From Acidimicrobiales bacterium (GTDB taxonomy: Bacteria; Actinomycetota; Acidimicrobiia; Acidimicrobiales; WLNW01): a DNA stretch of 64,000 bases. The notes below the pieces were generated by a model, which was not told where the DNA came from, did not search any database, and worked only from the letters and a program-made list of their open reading frames with translations. The stretch is from positions 128,180-192,179 of the forward strand of contig DATLFA010000061.1 of the NCBI GenBank assembly GCA_035525225.1, given 5' to 3'. The position numbers and the translations under genes were made by a program. Below are positions 59,425 to 64,000 of the stretch, piece after piece (the first letter of the stretch is position 1; the number at the start of each line of letters is the position of its first letter).

Positions 59425-60541
59425 GGCCGCCGACACGCGCCGGCTTGCCATCGACGCGCTGGTCCGTATCGATGCCGACGGTGCCTATGCGAACATCGTG
59501 TTGCCGCACATGTTGCAGCGAAGTCGCCTCGACTCGCGAGACCGCGCGTTCGCGACAGAGCTGGTCTATGGAACCACGCGGATGCGCCGCGCTTGTGACT
59601 GGCTCGTCGACCGGTACTTGATCGCACCGGTCGAGCCCGTGGTACGCGCCGCGTTGCGGCTGGGTGCGTATCAACTCGTGTTCGTCGAGGTCCCCGCTCA
59701 TGCCGCGGTCAACACCACGGTGAGCGCGTCACCCGCCAGGGCGCGCCGTCTTGTCAACGCGGTACTGCGCAAGGTCAGTGCGGAGACCGATCGCGCGTGG
59801 CCCGACGATGCCACCCGCCTCAGCTATCCGGAGTGGATCGTCGAGCGGCTGCGCGCCGATCTGGGCACGACCGATGCCGATGACGCTCTTGCCGCGATGA
59901 ACGTCGGCGCGCCATCGACCGTGCGCGCCGATGGTTACGTGCAAGACGAATCGTCACAACTGGTCGGTGCGGCTGTCGACGCCGCGCCGGATGAACGCAT
60001 CGCCGACACCTGTGCCGCGCCGGGCGGCAAAGCGACCGCATTGGCCGCGTCCGGAGCGCTCGTCGTGGCGAGCGACTTGCGCGCGAGCCGCGTGTCGTTG
60101 ATCGCGGCCAATCGCGAGCAGCTGGATGCGCACTCGTTGCTCGTCTCCGTCGCCGACGGTACCCGCCTGCCGTATCGCGACGCGTCGTTCGATCGTGTGC
60201 TCGTCGACGCGCCGTGTTCGGGGCTCGGCGCACTGCGCCATCGTCCCGATGCGCGTTGGCGCATCGACGAGGCTGCGCCCGATCGTTTGGCGGCGCTGCA
60301 GTTCGATTTGCTGCGCGAGGCCGAGCGCATCGTCGCGCCCGGGGGAGTTGTGCTCTACAGCGTGTGCACGCTCACCGACGCCGAAACCGTCGCCGTCGAC
60401 GCACGGGTCGAGCGCGAGTTGCCGAGCTTGGTGCCGGCTTCGCTGCCCGCGCCGTGGGAGGAGAGAGGCCGCGGCGGGCAGATCCTGCCGCAGTTGCTCG
60501 GCACCGACGGCATGTTCGCAGTTCGTTACGACAAGCGCTGA
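59414..60541 (+). CDS. rsmB: 16S rRNA (cytosine-C5)-methyltransferase RsmB/Sun
   Basis: ATG 59414 lies inside track ORF 59342..60541. NusB-like N-terminus AIDALVRIDADGAYANIVL, then DTCAAPGGKAT, DAPCSGLGALRHRPD and YSVCT. Confidence 0.85.
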   Translation: MTNKAADTRRLAIDALVRIDADGAYANIVLPHMLQRSRLDSRDRAFATELVYGTTRMRRACDWLVDRYLIAPVEPVVRAALRLGAYQLVFVEVPAHAAVNTTVSASPARARRLVNAVLRKVSAETDRAWPDDATRLSYPEWIVERLRADLGTTDADDALAAMNVGAPSTVRADGYVQDESSQLVGAAVDAAPDERIADTCAAPGGKATALAASGALVVASDLRASRVSLIAANREQLDAHSLLVSVADGTRLPYRDASFDRVLVDAPCSGLGALRHRPDARWRIDEAAPDRLAALQFDLLREAERIVAPGGVVLYSVCTLTDAETVAVDARVERELPSLVPASLPAPWEERGRGGQILPQLLGTDGMFAVRYDKR

Positions 60542-60612
60542 CCGGCGTTGGGACTGCGTCCAGAAAACGCCTCGATAGCCTCCTGTCAATAGTGAGAAGG
60601 GCGAGGGAGCAC

Positions 60613-61101
60613 ATGTCCGATCGAGATCCCGCCGGTATCGACGCCAAGGTCTTGACCGTCTCCGATGGCGTCATCCATGGCACGCGCGAAGACAAGTCGG
60701 GGGTGGCCGTCGCGGAGTGCCTCACTCGTCACGGATTCGCAGTGGTCGACCGTCGAGTGGTGGCCGACGGTGTCGAGTCGGTCGCGGAGGCGCTTCGATC
60801 GATGGCCAAGGGTTTCGCCGGCGTGATCGTCACGACCGGCGGCACGGGCTTCGGTCCGCGCGATCTGACCCCGGAGGGGACCAAGACCGTCATCGATCGC
60901 GAGGCACCCGGCCTGGCCGAGGCAATGCGGCTGGTGAACCCACTCGGCCGGCTCTCGCGGGGCATCGCCGGCACCGTCGATCACGCACTGGTGCTCAACA
61001 CGCCGGGTTCGCCCAAGGGTACGGTCGAATGTCTCGAGGCCGTGATCGACATCGTGCCCCACGCGGTGCGCTTGCTGGTCGACGCGCCGACGCAGCACTG
61101 A
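60613..61101 (+). CDS. mogA: MogA/MoaB-family molybdenum cofactor biosynthesis protein
   Basis: ATG 60613 follows GAGGGAG, inside track ORF 60214..61101. VLTVSDG, VIVTTGGTGFGPRDLTPE and LNTPGSPKG. Confidence 0.8.
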   Translation: MSDRDPAGIDAKVLTVSDGVIHGTREDKSGVAVAECLTRHGFAVVDRRVVADGVESVAEALRSMAKGFAGVIVTTGGTGFGPRDLTPEGTKTVIDREAPGLAEAMRLVNPLGRLSRGIAGTVDHALVLNTPGSPKGTVECLEAVIDIVPHAVRLLVDAPTQH

Positions 61102-61126
61102 CGCAACACTGACGTAGCACTCGTGA
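61091..61126. repeat. 11-14 nt x3 reiteration of the mogA stop region, ending in the ribD start
   Basis: CGCAGCACTGA at 61091-61101 contains the mogA stop. CGCAACACTGA follows at 61102-61112. CGTAGCACTCGTGA at 61113-61126 contains the ribD GTG at 61123. Confidence 0.85.
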
Positions 61127-62139
61127 CCGACGGAGCCGCCGACGAACGATTCATGCGCCTCGCGATGGCGAACGCCAGCACGGTGCGCCTGACGACGCGC
61201 CCGAATCCGTGGGTCGGTTGCGTGGTGGTAACCGGCGACGGCGACGTGTTCCAAGGTGCGACGAGCGAACCCGGCGGACCGCACGCCGAGATCCGGGCGT
61301 TGCTGGTCGCCGGCGACAAGGCAAATGGCGCCACGTTGTACGCAACGCTCGAGCCCTGCGCGCACACCGGACGCACTGGCCCCTGTGTCGACGCCATCAT
61401 CGAGTCGGGCGTGCGCCGCGTCGTCCTCGGCATCGAGGACCCTGACGCGCTGGTGGCCGGGCGCGGTGTCGCGCGCTTACGCGACGCCGGCATTCACGTC
61501 ACGGGCGGTGTGCTCGCCGAGGAAGTCACGCGTCAACTCGCACCGTATCTGACGCACCGACGCACCGGCCGCCCGCACGTCGTGTTGAAGTTGGCGCTGA
61601 CGCTCGACGGCTACATCGCGGCGCCCGACGGTTCGAGCACGTGGATCACCGGCGCCGCGGCGCGCGCGGATGCACATCGGCTGCGAGCGGAGAGCGATGC
61701 GGTAGTGGTGGGCGCGGGCACGGTGCGCGCCGACGACCCGATGCTCACCGTGCGCAATTTCACCCCTGCGAACGCAGTGCCCACGGCAGGTCTCGATCCG
61801 TTGCGCGTCGTGCTCGGACGCGTGCCCGCGGGCGCTCGTGTCGCTCCCGCGCTCGAGCATCAAGGCGACATCGCCGCGTTGCTCGATGATCTCGGCAAGC
61901 GCGGCGTGCTGCAGTTGATGGTCGAAGGAGGTGCCGATGTGGCGGGACAGTTCCATCGTGCCGGCCTCGTGGACGAGTATGTGTTGTACCTCGCGCCGGC
62001 GTTCATGGGCGGCGATCGAGGGCGGCGAGTGTTCGCTGGTGAAGGCGCGCCGACGATGGCCGAGTTGACGCGAGGACGCTTCGTCGCGGTCGATCGTCTA
62101 GGTGACGATCTACGGATCGTGGTAGTAGTGGAGCGATGA
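61123..62139 (+). CDS. ribD: Bifunctional riboflavin biosynthesis deaminase/reductase
   Basis: Track ORF of 338 aa. HAEIRAL...[12 protein letters not shown] (deaminase zinc motif) and a C-terminal reductase GGADVAGQF. Confidence 0.9.
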   Translation: MTDGAADERFMRLAMANASTVRLTTRPNPWVGCVVVTGDGDVFQGATSEPGGPHAEIRALLVAGDKANGATLYATLEPCAHTGRTGPCVDAIIESGVRRVVLGIEDPDALVAGRGVARLRDAGIHVTGGVLAEEVTRQLAPYLTHRRTGRPHVVLKLALTLDGYIAAPDGSSTWITGAAARADAHRLRAESDAVVVGAGTVRADDPMLTVRNFTPANAVPTAGLDPLRVVLGRVPAGARVAPALEHQGDIAALLDDLGKRGVLQLMVEGGADVAGQFHRAGLVDEYVLYLAPAFMGGDRGRRVFAGEGAPTMAELTRGRFVAVDRLGDDLRIVVVVER

Positions 62140-62735
62140 CCACCGTCGAACTCGTCGCCGAAGCGTTGCTGCCGACCGGTTCGGGGCAATTCATGGCACG
62201 TGCCTACCGCTCTGCAGACGGCACCGAACACGTCGCGCTGGTGCGCGGACAACTCGACGAGGTCGACGCGGTCTTGGTGCGTGTGCACAGTGAATGCCTG
62301 ACCGGTGATGTATTCGGCAGTCTTCGCTGCGATTGCGGGCCGCAGCTCGAGCAAGCGCTCGAGATCGTCGCGGCGCGCGGCGTCGGGATCATCGTGTATC
62401 TCCGCGGTCACGAAGGCCGCGGCATCGGTATCGGGCAAAAGCTGGCGGCGTATCGGCTGCAAGAGCGCGGCGCCGATACGGTCGATGCCAATACGGCGCT
62501 CGGGTTGCCCGTGGACGATCGGGCCTACGACGTCGCGGCAGCGATTCTGTTCGACTTGCGCGTCAAACGGGTGCTGTTGCTCACCAACAACCCGGCGAAA
62601 CAGCGCGGGCTCGAAGCGGCCGGTATCGAGGTCATCGAGCGGGTGCCGTTGGTCGTTGCCTCCAACCCCCTGAACGCCCGCTATCTGCGCACCAAACGTG
62701 ACCGGCTCGGCCACGTGCTCGACGAACTCGACTGA
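62136..62735 (+). CDS. ribA: GTP cyclohydrolase II
   Basis: Track ORF of 199 aa with an ATGA overlap. [35 protein letters not shown] and LLTNNP. Confidence 0.85.
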   Translation: MTTVELVAEALLPTGSGQFMARAYRSADGTEHVALVRGQLDEVDAVLVRVHSECLTGDVFGSLRCDCGPQLEQALEIVAARGVGIIVYLRGHEGRGIGIGQKLAAYRLQERGADTVDANTALGLPVDDRAYDVAAAILFDLRVKRVLLLTNNPAKQRGLEAAGIEVIERVPLVVASNPLNARYLRTKRDRLGHVLDELD

Positions 62736-62781
62736 CGAAATCGACAACGGCCCTCTGAGCGGGAACCGATAGCATGTCGGC

Positions 62782-63657
62782 GTGTTGAAGCTGGTGTTGC
62801 CGAAGGGCTCGTTGGAGAAAGCCACCCTCGAGCTCTTCGAGCTTGCCGATCTGGGGGTGCGCCGCCACTCGGGCGTCGACTACAAAGCCACCGTCGACGA
62901 TCCGCGCATCGACGAGGTGCGCATCCTGCGGCCGCAAGAGATCCCGCGCTACGTGGCGCAAGGCCTCTTCGACATCGGCATCACCGGCCGTGACTGGGTC
63001 GAAGAGACGGCCAGCGATGTCAATTCGCTCGGCGAACTCAAGTACTCCAAGGCCACCGATCTCCCGATACGGGTGGTGCTGGCCGTGCCCGGCGATTCAC
63101 CGTGGAACTCCGTCACCGACCTGCCGCAGGGCGTCAAGGTCTCGAGCGAGTATCCGGAAATGACCAGGCGCTACTTCGAGAAGCACGGCGTCGCGGCCGA
63201 TATCCAACTCTCCTACGGAGCCACCGAGGCCAAAGTGCCCGACATCGTCGACGTGGTCGTCGACATCACCGAGACCGGTCGGGCGCTCAAGGCCGCGGGC
63301 CTCAAGATCATCGACACCATCCTCACGTCGTACACCGAGCTCATCGCCAACCCCATCTCCTATGGCGATGCCGACAAGCGCCATGCAATGGAGCAGATCC
63401 AGACTTTGCTGAGTGGCGTGCTCGATGCGCGAGGCAAGGTGCTCGTCAAGATGAACGTGCCGACCGCGGCGCTCGGCGCGGTGATCGCGATCCTGCCGTC
63501 GATGAAGTCACCGACGGTCAACGAGCTCTTCGGTGAGCAGGGCTACGCGATCGAGACGGTGGTCGAGAAGCGAGAGATCAACGTGTTGATCCCCGCGCTC
63601 AAAGACGCGGGCGCGAGCGACATCCTCGAATTGCCCTTGTCGAAGATCGTGCGCTGA
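62782..63657 (+). CDS. hisG: ATP phosphoribosyltransferase (long form)
   Basis: Track ORF of 291 aa with a GTG start. LKLVLPKGSLEKAT, GLFDIGITGRDW and VDITETGRALKAAGL, plus a C-terminal regulatory domain. Confidence 0.9.
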   Translation: MLKLVLPKGSLEKATLELFELADLGVRRHSGVDYKATVDDPRIDEVRILRPQEIPRYVAQGLFDIGITGRDWVEETASDVNSLGELKYSKATDLPIRVVLAVPGDSPWNSVTDLPQGVKVSSEYPEMTRRYFEKHGVAADIQLSYGATEAKVPDIVDVVVDITETGRALKAAGLKIIDTILTSYTELIANPISYGDADKRHAMEQIQTLLSGVLDARGKVLVKMNVPTAALGAVIAILPSMKSPTVNELFGEQGYAIETVVEKREINVLIPALKDAGASDILELPLSKIVR

Positions 63658-63661
63658 AGGT

Positions 63662-63997
63662 TCACGCCGGCGGCTCTGACGGAGCGGCCGCGGCCGCAGC
63701 ACGGTCGCGGAGCATGACGAACGCCATGCGCAGCTGAGCCAACGACTCGCGCAGCGTCGCCTCGTCGTCGCCCAAGCGGCCCGGGAGACGGTCGATGAGC
63801 GCCGCCATGGCGTCGATGGCGATGGTGGCCTCGCTGAAGCTCGGGGGGTCTTGGCTGAGGTGGATCGCCCCGAGCTCGTAGAGGCCCATGGCGTGGTTCG
63901 CTACCACGGTCGCGGCGGGGACCTGCGCCAGGCGGTCGCGCACGGCGGCCATCTCGGCAGCCAGCGACTCGGCCCGCTCCCGTTCGTCTTCGTCCAT
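63662..63997 (-). CDS. DUF1844-like small acidic protein
   Basis: Track ORF of 111 aa; the start lies 3 nt from the window edge. VVANHAMGLYELGAIHLSQDPPSFSEATIAIDAMAALIDRL resembles DUF1844 as I remember it. Confidence 0.55.
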   Translation of the reverse strand: MDEDERERAESLAAEMAAVRDRLAQVPAATVVANHAMGLYELGAIHLSQDPPSFSEATIAIDAMAALIDRLPGRLGDDEATLRESLAQLRMAFVMLRDRAAAAAAPSEPPA

Positions 63998-64000
63998 CGG

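Noticed and set aside
61102-61122. An FMN riboswitch upstream of ribD, and a SAM riboswitch upstream of metK (53613-53653).
   Set aside because: The spacers are only 21 and 41 nt, far too short for either aptamer.

Overview
GC-rich chromosomal segment (roughly two-thirds G+C by eye, not computed). Gene content and order are typical of Actinomycetota: mihF is present, and the blocks run alaS-ruvX-mltG-aroE, aroK-aroB-aroQ-M24 peptidase-efp-nusB, pyrR-pyrB-pyrC-carA-carB-pyrD-pyrF-mihF-gmk-rpoZ-coaBC-metK-priA, def-fmt-rsmB and ribD-ribA-hisG. I support about 62 protein-coding genes. The left ~15 kb looks accessory: a signalling island with two GGDEF/EAL proteins, a poly-HAMP hybrid histidine kinase, a broken second hybrid kinase and a stand-alone receiver. 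The rest is conserved housekeeping synteny in which most gene pairs are joined by 4-nt stop/start overlaps (GTGA/ATGA). I saw no rRNA, tRNA, CRISPR array, transposase, integrase or recognisable defence genes. Three things are not explained by the gene list. (1) Very short tandem repeats sit exactly on stop/start junctions and re-create the overlap in every unit. At hisS-aspS and fmt-rsmB they form chains of translationally coupled mini-ORFs, resembling MIRUs but much shorter. (2) A dispersed 27-30 nt GC-hairpin element (GGGCCCGAGCGGCCCTTCAGAGCGG) occurs at four loci, always near gene junctions. At three loci it is read in frame as N- or C-terminal protein extensions. (3) A 29-nt tandem element (CGGCGGATTATCGCCG[C/T]CAATGTG) occurs at two intergenic loci 7.7 kb apart. 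All repeat searching was by eye, so further copies may have been missed. Novelty cannot be judged without database searches.
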